Below, one piece after another: positions 1-9,573 of a stretch of 64,000 bases of DNA (its first letter is position 1; every line of letters begins with the position of its first letter). The DNA is from a virus. The notes beneath the pieces are model-generated. The model had not been told where the DNA came from and made no database searches. It saw only the letters and a list, made by a program, of their open reading frames with translations. The translations under genes and the position numbers were made by a program. The DNA is taken from the IMG/VR virus record IMGVR_UViG_3300029922_000029, positions 1 to 64,000 of that record; one strand, given 5' to 3'.

Positions 1-28
1 CGCCAGGAGCTATCAGGAAGCCAGGAAG

Positions 29-2731
29 ATGGAGGGGACAGCCACGGACGGTGGAGCCCCGAGTAAGATCGTGCCTTACGGCAACTTCGAAGACGTCATC
101 ATCAACTGCCCGGCACTCCAGCCACTTTGGGCTAAGAACGCTGAAGGCCAGTACATCTGGGACATCAGCAATCCCAAAGGGCTCTTCCACCAAGCCCGAT
201 ATGCTTCCATGACGTTTGGCATGGCAACCAAGGGCGGAGAGGAGTTCCTCAAGCGGAGGTGGCCAGGACCCAGGACCGAGAGTTACATCGCACAGGGAAA
301 AGCCGCGGGCTACACCCCCGTAACATGTAAGTACATGCAGGAGAATGGAATCTGTGTGGTGGGCAAACATCCCAAGCACGGCGACCACTGCATGAAGAAG
401 ATCCCCCCTTCCGTTCGCTCAGGGGGTGTGACTCAAATCAATCCAGACAACCTGCCCGAGGATCAATGGAAAGAGCCCTCTCCTATCCGGAACTCAACCC
501 CAAAACACCTCACTGTAGACGAGGCCATTGAATCGATCGTGTGGTTGTCGGAAGCCAAAACAAAGAAGCTGAGATCAGGGCCTCCTGATATCGACCCAGC
601 CTCTGGCCGTCCGATTGTGGAGGACTCCTATACGCCTGACAACCTCGATGAGCGGATCGAGGGGCTCATGCGGCACATGAGGACCTTCCCGCCCGAGGAT
701 CAGAAGAAGATCCAGGCAGCCATCACGGGCAATAACCTCATGAGTAAGAAGGAGCTCAAGGAGGAGACGAAGCGAATCGACAAAGAGATTCAGATTGATG
801 CCTTTACCAAGAGGGTTGCCGGTAAACGCTCTTATGTGCTGAATGAAAAAATAACCCTCTACGTAGATGATGACGAGCACTATTACAGCGTGAGTGAGCT
901 TGACGCAAAAGGCATCCCTCACGACCGCAGGATATCGAACTTCACCGTTACCATTCAAGAAGAGCACGAGGTGATTCGGATCTCTGACGAACCCGATAGC
1001 GGTCAACAGTCGGTTATTGAAGATCGTTATTTTCTGGGAGTGATTCACGCGCGCGGGCAAGTCAAGCTTCTCCCTAAGATTCGTACGGATGACTGGAATA
1101 AGAGTAGAGATTCCTTTTTCCGGCAGATCGTAAAATCAGCCGGGACTGCGATCGCCTACTTGAGTGCGGATTACGATCTGATTCGTAACTGTGTCCATGA
1201 ATTCAGTCACGAGGGCGTCGTCGTCAAGAGGATCTGCCGGGAGATTGGTCATCATAAATTACAGGGCGGAAGAGACGTCTATATGATGCCTTCGGTGATT
1301 ATCTCCAAGGATGAGATTAAGCCGAATGATGAGTACGTGGTCGAGCCACTGGGAGCGGGGAGCAAGCGAAGCAAACTCGACTTTGCCTTGATGTCGGCCG
1401 AGGAAGCCAAGGATCTGAGCTACCATCTCATCAATGATTACTTCCACTGCAACATCCCGATTCTCACCCGGACAACGTTTGCCCACGCGATGGCGGCCGC
1501 CATCACCCCACAGATTGAGGAAGCGGTCGGATACCGAAAAGCTCCGACTCTCTTTCTCGCCGGATCTTTGGGGGATGGGAAAACGTTCGTTGCGGAGTCA
1601 GCTCAGTGTTTCTACGGGAAGGTTGATATCAGCACGGGGAATTACGGGAGCGCGAAAGCTAAGCTCGCACTCGCCTACATGTTCCGTCATGCGATGCTGT
1701 TGATTGATGATTACAAGCAGAGCTCGAGCGATACAGCGGGCCTGGATATCATGAATCTGATTCAGCAGACCTACGATCGTAGTGAGCGAAACACACTCAA
1801 GAGGGACTCGAGCCTCAAGGACGACGCTCACTGTGCCAGAGGACTGATGACGATCACTGGGGAGGAGTTTCCAGATAAGGAAGCCAGTGCCGTCTCACGC
1901 CTGATCCTTCTGGATATCGAACTGAAGGCGAATCGCGAGAGAGGTGATATCGTCACTAAGCGACGCTCCGAGTACTCAGGCTTCACGGCCCACTTCATTC
2001 ACTTTGTCTATCAGCTAGGGAAAGATGAACTCATCAAGATGTGGGAGACCTACTTCAATGATCTGCACGAGCCCGTGAAGGTAGATCACGCCAATAAGGC
2101 CGCTGGCCGAATTTGCGAGAATCTGACCTTGAACATGGTCGCGTTTCGCCTCAGCATGGAGCTTATGATCCAGCTTGGGGTGGATCCAAAGATCGCTTAT
2201 GGCTTGGCGGAAGAGCATCTGAATGGGATGTACAGGCTTAGGGACACCATGATCCAAGCTGTATCGAACGCCAAGGGTGGCAATCAGTTCCTAGATGCTC
2301 TGGTGGCGATGATGGCGATGCCGAACAAGTATCGGATTCATGGATGGCCTTATGCCAGTGGTGAAATTGATACGTTCGCCAACGGGTCACCTACGGCGGT
2401 TCCGATTGGGTTCTACAAGCACGAGACACCTGACGTCGTCTACATCATCCCGGCCCTGGCTTATCCTGAAGCCAATCAGCTCGTGAGTAAAGGTAAAGAG
2501 AGCCTTCAGACGAAGCAGCATGTGAGTCGTCAACTCAAAGAGGGTAAGCATATGGATAATAATATGCTGACTGATGGTACGAGAAGGGACTGCCAGAGGC
2601 GGTCTCCGCAGGGTGGCCATAGCGTTCGGGTTTGGCCGATCTTGCTGACTTCTGTGGGCGTAGACCGGCTGAAGCTCGTGAATCCTATTCCTGTTGACAG
2701 TGGGAAAAAACTGCCTTACAAGGATAGCTAA
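29..2731 (+). CDS. Primase-helicase, 5'-truncated (Cys-rich primase accessory region plus DUF927-like P-loop ATPase)
   Basis: Frame is open to the window edge. Walker A LAGSLGDGKT, Walker B LLIDD, ITGE...SAVSR motif. N-terminal CPAL...YTPVTC...C...HC cluster. Confidence 0.7.
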   Translation: MEGTATDGGAPSKIVPYGNFEDVIINCPALQPLWAKNAEGQYIWDISNPKGLFHQARYASMTFGMATKGGEEFLKRRWPGPRTESYIAQGKAAGYTPVTCKYMQENGICVVGKHPKHGDHCMKKIPPSVRSGGVTQINPDNLPEDQWKEPSPIRNSTPKHLTVDEAIESIVWLSEAKTKKLRSGPPDIDPASGRPIVEDSYTPDNLDERIEGLMRHMRTFPPEDQKKIQAAITGNNLMSKKELKEETKRIDKEIQIDAFTKRVAGKRSYVLNEKITLYVDDDEHYYSVSELDAKGIPHDRRISNFTVTIQEEHEVIRISDEPDSGQQSVIEDRYFLGVIHARGQVKLLPKIRTDDWNKSRDSFFRQIVKSAGTAIAYLSADYDLIRNCVHEFSHEGVVVKRICREIGHHKLQGGRDVYMMPSVIISKDEIKPNDEYVVEPLGAGSKRSKLDFALMSAEEAKDLSYHLINDYFHCNIPILTRTTFAHAMAAAITPQIEEAVGYRKAPTLFLAGSLGDGKTFVAESAQCFYGKVDISTGNYGSAKAKLALAYMFRHAMLLIDDYKQSSSDTAGLDIMNLIQQTYDRSERNTLKRDSSLKDDAHCARGLMTITGEEFPDKEASAVSRLILLDIELKANRERGDIVTKRRSEYSGFTAHFIHFVYQLGKDELIKMWETYFNDLHEPVKVDHANKAAGRICENLTLNMVAFRLSMELMIQLGVDPKIAYGLAEEHLNGMYRLRDTMIQAVSNAKGGNQFLDALVAMMAMPNKYRIHGWPYASGEIDTFANGSPTAVPIGFYKHETPDVVYIIPALAYPEANQLVSKGKESLQTKQHVSRQLKEGKHMDNNMLTDGTRRDCQRRSPQGGHSVRVWPILLTSVGVDRLKLVNPIPVDSGKKLPYKDS

Positions 2732-2740
2732 CCACACATG

Positions 2741-2778
2741 ACTCCTCTCGCTCCATGGTGGGGCGGGAGGAGTTTTTT
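2741..2778 (+). terminator. Intrinsic terminator
   Basis: ACTCCTCTCGCTCCA-TGG-TGGGGCGGGAGGAGT hairpin followed by a T run, just after the stop codon. Confidence 0.7.
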
Positions 2779-2795
2779 AGCTTACAGGAGATCTT

Positions 2796-3047
2796 ATGAG
2801 CAACGCTGAACAACTGACCGTCGTCGAGAACGAGCCCCCTGCCAAAACCAAGAAGGTACGTGCGCCTTACAGCTACCTGGTGATCTACCACCTCGAAGGG
2901 GATGAGTACACCCGCACCCAGGAAGTTGCTGACCGCGGCTCCCTCAAGGCCGTCGTCGAAGCCATGGGACCTGGCTACACGGTCGACAAGATCCTCAAGG
3001 TCGTCGGCGAAGTGAAGATGAAGGCTTCTGTTGAATTCGAATTCTGA
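2796..3047 (+). CDS. Hypothetical protein
   Basis: AGGAG RBS, 83 aa. Confidence 0.8.
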   Translation: MSNAEQLTVVENEPPAKTKKVRAPYSYLVIYHLEGDEYTRTQEVADRGSLKAVVEAMGPGYTVDKILKVVGEVKMKASVEFEF

Positions 3048-3096
3048 GTTTTTCCTGGTATAGGTCTTTTAGATCTAAACTTGGAGATTAAAAAAA

Positions 3097-5058
3097 ATGA
3101 ACTGGAACCTCGCCCGCGAAACGATCCGTCAGCTCTCAGACGGGACTCACGCTACGGCGGGGTTCCGGCTTCTTCCCTACCAAACTAAAGCCTGCCTTGA
3201 GATGGTCAGCCATTTCGAAAAGGGCCGTAGGTTTGTCATCATCGACGCTCCGACCGGCGTCGGTAAGTCGTTCCTCGATATGGTCGGTCCTTGGGTTTTC
3301 CAAGAGCAATCCCTCGACTCCCATATCGTCCATCCCACCCGCGATCTCCAGACCCAGCACCTCAACTCCTTCCGGCAGCACGAAAGGATCTACCGGGTCG
3401 CGAAGGGCAAACACAACTACTCGTGCCTGCTCTTCAACGGGAAGGACGGCAAGCCTCTCCCGGTTCCCTATGCACCCTGCCAGGGCGGCGGGGATTCGTT
3501 CTGCCATGGCAGTTACCGGAAGACTCCGCTCGGAATAGCACCTCAAACCGACCATCGAGACTTCGATACCGAGACCCTGAAATCGGCAGAGCGTTACCTG
3601 AAGAACCCATCGGCTTATGTCGACGAGATGGATGAGTTCCCGCTGAAGAAGGGCAAGCAAAAGAAGGTCTGCATGGAGAGGGGGATCTGCCCCTACCTGA
3701 CTGCGCGTGAGGCGACTCAGACGGCTCCGATCGCATCGCTGAACCTGCCGGCCTACGTGCTTTGGAATACGCTCTTAATTGATGCTCCGTTCTATAAGCC
3801 GCGGGCTCTCCTCGTGATTGATGAGTGCCATAATCTTGAAGGGCAGCTTAGAGACGCCTACACGCTGTCCTACACCGAGGAATCGCTCCACAAGACCTAC
3901 AAGGCCCTCCTGGGTACACGAAAGGACCAGAAGCGCTGGGTGAGCTTCGAGCGCGATATCTCTGGCCTGGCGCCTGACGGCGTCCACAGGAAGCTTAAGC
4001 CCGAGGAATATCCAGAAGAAAAAGTGGTCGAGATCGCCCGCTACCTCAATAACGTGAACGAATACGTGTTGAACGAGATCACCCAGAAGCACTCGAAAGA
4101 GTTGATTGCCGAGATGGCTGAAGAGGATGGAGATCTGCTCACGGTTCTCAAGATCCAGGCCGCCATGAAGCAAGCGCTGCCTCCGGCCGGTATGACTCGG
4201 TTCACTCAATATGGGGGTGAATTCAGAAGGAATGAATCAAAGGCCCTCCAGCTCGTCTTGGCGCCCGTCCGGATCCCGCAGGACTCGCTCAAGATCTATG
4301 GGACCTACACGGTTATGCTGTCAGCCACGATTCCCGACAAAAGAGTCTTCGCATCCACTCTAGGATTGGATCCAACTCAAGTAGGCGTGGTGGTGGTGCC
4401 TGAGATCTTCAAGCCTGCCCATCGTCCTATTGTTTTTCTCGATACTCTAGATATGAGCCAACGGGCCGTAAAGGAGAAGGGAGAGGATCGGGCCTTTACG
4501 ATGGTAGCAGATCAGGTTTACGAAATTATGGATCACTTCCTCCATCAAGGGATTCGCGGACTCGTGCATGTGACTTCTTATGATCAAGCCCAACAGATTC
4601 ATAGTCGGTTCGCAAGGGTAACGCCACGGCTCTTGGTAGACACAAAAACGAAACCTGGGAAAGCCTACGATCAGTTCATGTCGATACAAGGCCCGTGGTG
4701 GCTCATGAGTCCGTCCATCAAGGAGGGCAAGGACTTCAAAGGAGACCTGGCTCGAGTGCAGATCGTGGTGAAGTGTGCCAAGCTTCCGCCCGAAGGCATC
4801 ACCAAGCGGATTGACGCCGAGATCAACGGCTGGTATGCCAATAAAACGGCTACCACGATGAGGCAGGAGTACGGCCGTACGACTAGGTCCGCCGACGACT
4901 TTTCGCTCACGATTTACTTGGATTCCGCTGCCCGAGTCTTTACGCGGAAGTGTTCAGGACTCTTTACGAAAGAATATCATCAGGCGGCGGATATTGGGTC
5001 GCGGATTCGGTGGCAGGATGTCAGATTTACGGAGAAAGGGATTGAGTATGGAAAATGA
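3097..5058 (+). CDS. dinG: DinG/XPD (Rad3)-family SF2 helicase
   Basis: APTGVGKS, IDECHN, LSAT, EGKDFKGD and QEYGRTTRS..D motifs. Cysteines lie in the expected Fe-S region. Confidence 0.9.
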   Translation: MNWNLARETIRQLSDGTHATAGFRLLPYQTKACLEMVSHFEKGRRFVIIDAPTGVGKSFLDMVGPWVFQEQSLDSHIVHPTRDLQTQHLNSFRQHERIYRVAKGKHNYSCLLFNGKDGKPLPVPYAPCQGGGDSFCHGSYRKTPLGIAPQTDHRDFDTETLKSAERYLKNPSAYVDEMDEFPLKKGKQKKVCMERGICPYLTAREATQTAPIASLNLPAYVLWNTLLIDAPFYKPRALLVIDECHNLEGQLRDAYTLSYTEESLHKTYKALLGTRKDQKRWVSFERDISGLAPDGVHRKLKPEEYPEEKVVEIARYLNNVNEYVLNEITQKHSKELIAEMAEEDGDLLTVLKIQAAMKQALPPAGMTRFTQYGGEFRRNESKALQLVLAPVRIPQDSLKIYGTYTVMLSATIPDKRVFASTLGLDPTQVGVVVVPEIFKPAHRPIVFLDTLDMSQRAVKEKGEDRAFTMVADQVYEIMDHFLHQGIRGLVHVTSYDQAQQIHSRFARVTPRLLVDTKTKPGKAYDQFMSIQGPWWLMSPSIKEGKDFKGDLARVQIVVKCAKLPPEGITKRIDAEINGWYANKTATTMRQEYGRTTRSADDFSLTIYLDSAARVFTRKCSGLFTKEYHQAADIGSRIRWQDVRFTEKGIEYGK

Positions 5059-5314
5059 AGACGCAACGCCTACCTATGGAGAGCTGATAGGATTTATTGT
5101 CCTCGCTATAGCGGTGCTCGGCGGAGCAGCCTGGTACGGAGAAAATGTCGCAGGACCCGCCCGAGATGCAGCTAGGCCTTATCATAGGTACAGACTCCAA
5201 ACCGGAGAGATTGTTGAGTGTAAGGAGCTCGGGTGCACCTCTTTGGGTTGTTATCTAGAAGGGTGCAAGGGCGGCGACATAGTGCACGTGAGTAACGTGA
5301 GACTTGTGGAGTGA
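5048..5314 (+). CDS. Small membrane-anchored protein
   Basis: One TM segment (LIGFIVLAIAVLGGAAWY) and a Cys-rich tail. Confidence 0.6.
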   Translation: MENEDATPTYGELIGFIVLAIAVLGGAAWYGENVAGPARDAARPYHRYRLQTGEIVECKELGCTSLGCYLEGCKGGDIVHVSNVRLVE

Positions 5315-5589
5315 ATGCAATGCCCGACGATAATACATGGTCCGGGTATATCCCCACCCACGTACTGAAGCATCACGGTGATAATCCAGCGATGCAGAGG
5401 TACATCGAAGACTTCAAAAGTTTAGAAAAGCATGTAGGCGGCCTATCCGGGATTTGTTCGTTGTTTAGTGCCATCAGCAAGCTTGAATCTGAACGCGCAA
5501 TGTGGAAGAAAGAAGTCGATGACCAGAAAGCCTATGTGACTGGTCTAGAAAATAGGCTATCCAGTCTGATCAACCCAAAAGGATTATAA
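5311..5589 (+). CDS. Hypothetical protein
   Basis: Coupled ORF with a coiled-coil C-terminus. Confidence 0.65.
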   Translation: MNAMPDDNTWSGYIPTHVLKHHGDNPAMQRYIEDFKSLEKHVGGLSGICSLFSAISKLESERAMWKKEVDDQKAYVTGLENRLSSLINPKGL

Positions 5590-5590
5590 A

Positions 5591-5944
5591 ATGACCACAC
5601 CCGAAAAACTAGAAGTCTGGGCAGTCGTAGAACTCATGGGCCATGTCAAAGTAGCGGGGCTCGTCACTGAAGAGGAACGGTTCGGTTGCAAGATGGGCCG
5701 CATCGACATCCCGATGAAAGAAGGCGGCCTCACGACTCAATACTTCGGTGGCAGTTCGGTTTACCGCATGACTCCGACCACTGAGGAAGTCGCACGCGCG
5801 ATCGCAACCAAAAACCAGCCGGCGCCGATTCATTCTTGGGAGCTGCCGCAGGCTCAACTTCCAGGGACTACTGAGCATATCTCGCGTCCTCCTTATGAGG
5901 AGGATTTGGATGGCGGCCGCGATGATGACCGGGATGACTACTGA
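5591..5944 (+). CDS. Conserved phage hypothetical protein
   Basis: WAVVELMGH...AG...YRMTPTTEE pattern, recalled from other phage proteins. Confidence 0.75.
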   Translation: MTTPEKLEVWAVVELMGHVKVAGLVTEEERFGCKMGRIDIPMKEGGLTTQYFGGSSVYRMTPTTEEVARAIATKNQPAPIHSWELPQAQLPGTTEHISRPPYEEDLDGGRDDDRDDY

Positions 5945-5953
5945 GGAGATCCA

Positions 5954-6307
5954 ATGAAATACATTATTTGTGATGCCGGGATCGAGCAGGAGATCAACGG
6001 ATACAAGCAAAAGATTGTACTCGGGATCCGTCTTGAAGACCACGTACCCGTGAGAGTCACCGGAGACACTATGACAGCGGTCCCCGAGAATGAATTTATT
6101 GTTCTCAAGAAAGGTTTTGACCAACTTCACGCCGACTTCAACGCCTATAAGGAGACGACACAAGAACTCCAAGACATTGAGCTTGAGCGGAAGAAGAATC
6201 ACATCGAGCTTCTGAAGTACATTGCCGGAGGTTGCGCACATGGGTTTGCTGTGAAGTATGCAAATCAGATGTTGAACTCTTATGGGATATCTGAGAGTGA
6301 AACGTGA
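5954..6307 (+). CDS. Hypothetical protein
   Basis: GAGGAG RBS, 117 aa. Confidence 0.75.
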   Translation: MKYIICDAGIEQEINGYKQKIVLGIRLEDHVPVRVTGDTMTAVPENEFIVLKKGFDQLHADFNAYKETTQELQDIELERKKNHIELLKYIAGGCAHGFAVKYANQMLNSYGISESET

Positions 6308-6483
6308 CCGACACTCTCGACGAATGGACCGATAAAAACGCCTCATTTCTTCGCGAAAATCTAAAAGTGAACATCCGCGTCTACTGCGATCACCTCAGTG
6401 AAGACGAGCAGGACGACTTGCTTCGGATGCATCTTATTATGGTGAGGCAGTGGAAAGAGAACCCTGGGAGTGAGAAAAAATAG
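6304..6483 (+). CDS. Small hypothetical protein (59 aa, below the ORF-track cutoff)
   Basis: GTGA overlap start; reads TDTLDEWTDKNASFLREN...SEKK to a stop. Confidence 0.55.
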   Translation: MTDTLDEWTDKNASFLRENLKVNIRVYCDHLSEDEQDDLLRMHLIMVRQWKENPGSEKK

Positions 6484-6522
6484 TTGACACCGAAGAACGC
6501 CTTGATAGGCTCCTGATTGAAT

Positions 6523-6735
6523 ATGGCAGATTCGCTCCGCTCCCCAAACAAAGATGACGACGATGACGTGACCCTGAACGTTCAGGCCTATCACAAGTTT
6601 CTCGCCGAAAAAGCTTTGACCAAGCATCACGGAAACCGGACCCATGCTGCCCATGACTTAGGCATCTCCATCCGAACCCTTCGGAACTGGATTGCCAAGT
6701 TTCATCTCGCCAAACGCTACCCATCCGCAACCTAG
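6523..6735 (+). CDS. Stand-alone Fis-family HTH protein
   Basis: ALTKHHGNRTHAAHDLGISIRTLRNWI matches the HTH_8 pattern. TTGACA at 6484. Confidence 0.85.
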   Translation: MADSLRSPNKDDDDDVTLNVQAYHKFLAEKALTKHHGNRTHAAHDLGISIRTLRNWIAKFHLAKRYPSAT

Positions 6736-6857
6736 CCAAACGCTATCCACCTGCACCGGGTCCCTCAGACCCCAAAAACTCAAAATAACACTAGTTGTCA
6801 TAAATAGGCAATTCCCCTCTTCTCTCTGGCATAAGGGTGATGGGAGGATTCTGTCAT

Positions 6858-7142
6858 ATGAACACCAACGATCAGGACCAGCAATCTCAGCATCAGGAAG
6901 AAGTAGTACAATCCCATGGAGCACCATCTCAGCATTACCGCAGTACGTTCGAAGTCCGCAGCCGGAAGATCAAGAATGCACATAAAGTGCAGTTCTATCT
7001 GGACTACGGATTCAGTCAGTCAGGGCCCTGGCTGCAGATCGCGATGAACGATACGGAGTACGGTATCGGCTACAATCCCGGTCAAACGTTCAAGGCTCGC
7101 GAAGCTGTGACGCCTCTGCGCGTCGCTCCTGATCTGGCTTAA
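6858..7142 (+). CDS. Hypothetical protein
   Basis: GGGAGG RBS, preceded by the CTGGCATAAG motif. Confidence 0.7.
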   Translation: MNTNDQDQQSQHQEEVVQSHGAPSQHYRSTFEVRSRKIKNAHKVQFYLDYGFSQSGPWLQIAMNDTEYGIGYNPGQTFKAREAVTPLRVAPDLA

Positions 7143-7168
7143 CCGCTAGATCTCTCGCACACCACAGG

Positions 7169-7213
7169 AACCCGAGTCATCCCTCACACACACGGGGGTG
7201 GCTCGGGTTTTTT
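7169..7213 (+). terminator. Intrinsic terminator
   Basis: AACCCGAGTCATCCC...GGGGTGGCTCGGGTT hairpin followed by a T run. Confidence 0.75.
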
Positions 7214-7235
7214 GTGTTACGAATCGTAACACAAA
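7211..7235. promoter_or_regulatory. Perfect 12-1-12 palindrome, candidate operator
   Basis: TTTGTGTTACGA-A-TCGTAACACAAA. Confidence 0.55.
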
Positions 7236-7285
7236 TTTAATAGCATCGGAAATACCGACGCTAAGCTATCAAGCAAAGGATATTT

Positions 7286-7804
7286 ATGAAGTTAGTTCAC
7301 TGGGAATTTCAGGGCCTACACGTACCAATGGTTGAAGATGACAATAGAGAGCTCTATTGCACCAGCAAGGCAATCTGTGGAGCATTAGGAATGAAAGAGG
7401 GCCACCTCTGGAAGATTACCTCGCTTCACTCGAAGGAACTATCTGAGCTTAGCCTTACCAATAGTAAGGCTAAGGATTTTCTCCAAGAAAATCGGATAGC
7501 ATTTGGCATTACTAGGATGAGAAAAGACATGCGTATTTGGTCAGAAGACGACATGCTGACTTTCGCATTCCACTCTGGTTCTGACAAATCCATGGAGTTC
7601 AGAAAGAATCTGCGTCAGTTCATCAAGCGGCACGCTGCCAGAAATTACGTCACTCAAGAGCAATACCAAGAACTCGACGATAAGCTTGGCCTTGTCTTAG
7701 ACGTGGTAAAAAGGTATTACCCTGCCGCAAACAAAACCGCCTCACTCGCAGGCTCCATGCTCCGAGCTCAGCGGGAAACAAAACACCTCAGAAATCTACA
7801 CTAA
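7286..7804 (+). CDS. Antirepressor-like (Bro-N/Ant-type) DNA-binding protein
   Basis: FQG..VPMV....LYCTSKAICGALG N-terminus, then WSEDDM and SDKSMEFRK. Confidence 0.6.
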   Translation: MKLVHWEFQGLHVPMVEDDNRELYCTSKAICGALGMKEGHLWKITSLHSKELSELSLTNSKAKDFLQENRIAFGITRMRKDMRIWSEDDMLTFAFHSGSDKSMEFRKNLRQFIKRHAARNYVTQEQYQELDDKLGLVLDVVKRYYPAANKTASLAGSMLRAQRETKHLRNLH

Positions 7805-7813
7805 GGAGATCTC

Positions 7814-8614
7814 ATGACTGCACTCCACGCCGCTGCCGATCCCGTACCTTCCACTGAACCCCATCTCTTTCCAGTCGCACTAGAGAATATCTTCACCCAT
7901 GATGGTATCCCGATCCCGCGGGTAAAGTCAGTCGTCCGCCAGGACAGCCGGGATCCACTCTCAGTCGTCAGTGATCGCTACAGGCTCATCACTCATGGCC
8001 AAGCCGAATCTCGCGTGAAACCGTTCACCGATGCTCTTGGGGTGGCGAAGATTACTCGGTTCCTAGAGAAGAATGGAGCACGCCTCATTTCTCGCTACAC
8101 CTATGCTGATCAGACAGTCACCATTCCTGCAGTCGGGGATATCGTTGCCCTCGAGGTGAATGTCATCAACTCCTACGACTCACATCTGCCCCTAAAATAT
8201 ACTCTCGGAGCGCGTGTGCTGCGGTGCAGCAACGGGATGACAGTCATTGGCGGCGAGTTCGAGTTCAGCTGGAAACACACAGGTGAAGAACAAGAGATCA
8301 TCTTGCCGGATCCCGTGAAAGTGCTGGCTCACTTCAAAAAAGCCGGCGACACCTGGGACCTTTGGGCCCGTACCGAACTAAAGTATGAGGATCGTCTCAA
8401 AGTCATGAGTTCGATCGTCGCCATGAAGGTTCTGACTGAGACCCAAATCAAAAAGTGGGAGAGCAACTTCGAGCAAGCGAAGACCGTCTGGACTCTCTAT
8501 GACTCTTTCACCTACATCATCACGCACGAGTTTGCCAAGCTCCGCGAGTCGAGCCGCCTGCACAAACTCTCGCAGCTCCAGTTCGCCTTCAGCACTCTTA
8601 CGCAATCTCTGTAG
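7814..8614 (+). CDS. DUF932/DUF945-family protein
   Basis: VVSDRYRLITH, NSYDS, RVLRCSNGM and KHTG motifs. Confidence 0.85.
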   Translation: MTALHAAADPVPSTEPHLFPVALENIFTHDGIPIPRVKSVVRQDSRDPLSVVSDRYRLITHGQAESRVKPFTDALGVAKITRFLEKNGARLISRYTYADQTVTIPAVGDIVALEVNVINSYDSHLPLKYTLGARVLRCSNGMTVIGGEFEFSWKHTGEEQEIILPDPVKVLAHFKKAGDTWDLWARTELKYEDRLKVMSSIVAMKVLTETQIKKWESNFEQAKTVWTLYDSFTYIITHEFAKLRESSRLHKLSQLQFAFSTLTQSL

Positions 8615-8682
8615 TTTGAGTGGAGCACGTGGACCACAGGATGTGGACGCAAGTTGATCGCATCAGGCTTCCCATTCAAATG

Positions 8683-8718
8683 GATCGTCTCGGGACTTCG
8701 GTCCTGGGGCGATCTTTT
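8683..8718 (+). terminator. Intrinsic terminator
   Basis: GATCGTCTCGGGAC-TTCG-GTCCTGGGGCGATC followed by TTTT. Confidence 0.75.
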
Positions 8719-8847
8719 AGCTCACATCAAGTGGTCTTTTAACCCCTAGGGTCGCTCTTTTTAGCTCACCCAAGACCGCTCAGAAACTGACTTTTTCGGG
8801 TATAAGTCTACTAGAGAGAAGAATTATCTTCTTTTAAAGGAGACTCT

Positions 8848-9138
8848 ATGCAAATCAAAGTCTTCAACCTGCCGAACCTTCTTCAGGCCAAGCAGACGAG
8901 CACAGGCGTTGCCGAATGGATCTTCAAAGAGTTCGTCGACAAGAGTTTCTTCTTTCATGACCTAACTCATAGCCCTGAGTACTCGAGATTATCTTGCGAG
9001 GAATTAGCTATTGGCCGCTGGGTCAAGGTGCTTCATCTGAAAAATATCGACAGTATTTTTGAAGGAAAAGTCGAGGGAGGCTCAGAACTCGTTTGCCATT
9101 TTCAGGGGTCCGCTTATAGGTTCTGTGTCAAGCTTTAG
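8848..9138 (+). CDS. Hypothetical protein
   Basis: AAGGAG RBS, with its own promoter motif and terminator. Confidence 0.75.
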   Translation: MQIKVFNLPNLLQAKQTSTGVAEWIFKEFVDKSFFFHDLTHSPEYSRLSCEELAIGRWVKVLHLKNIDSIFEGKVEGGSELVCHFQGSAYRFCVKL

Positions 9139-9260
9139 GAAAATCACTCGGGTCAGGTTCTGACTCGGGGATTTTCTTTACCTAAAAACACCACCGTAAA
9201 CACCACTCAGAAACAGTCTGTTTTCAGGTATAAGTTGATTAGGAAGGGTAATAATCACTC

Positions 9261-9494
9261 ATGAGAAAATTCAGAAAAAAAGACAGTAAAAAAATCAGAG
9301 GCCGTATTGGACATCTCGTCTGCGACCTTAGAAAAAAGGCCAACCTCACCCAATCGGTATTATCGAAGTCCATCGGGCTAGAGCAGTCATCGCTTTCCCT
9401 GATCGAGAATGGGAAGCGGGATTTGACCGCAGTCCAGTGGTTTATGTTGTGCGACAAGCTAAAGGTTTCTCCAGACCTGCTGTCAGATGCCTAG
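9261..9494 (+). CDS. XRE/Cro-CI HTH regulator
   Basis: LRKKANLTQSVLSKSIGLEQSSLSLIENGKR. Confidence 0.9.
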   Translation: MRKFRKKDSKKIRGRIGHLVCDLRKKANLTQSVLSKSIGLEQSSLSLIENGKRDLTAVQWFMLCDKLKVSPDLLSDA

Positions 9495-9573
9495 TAACTC
9501 TTAATCCCCGGGCCAGGTTCTGAGTCCGGGGATTTTTCTTTACGTGGAAATTATTGCCTGTTACCTTCTCCAC

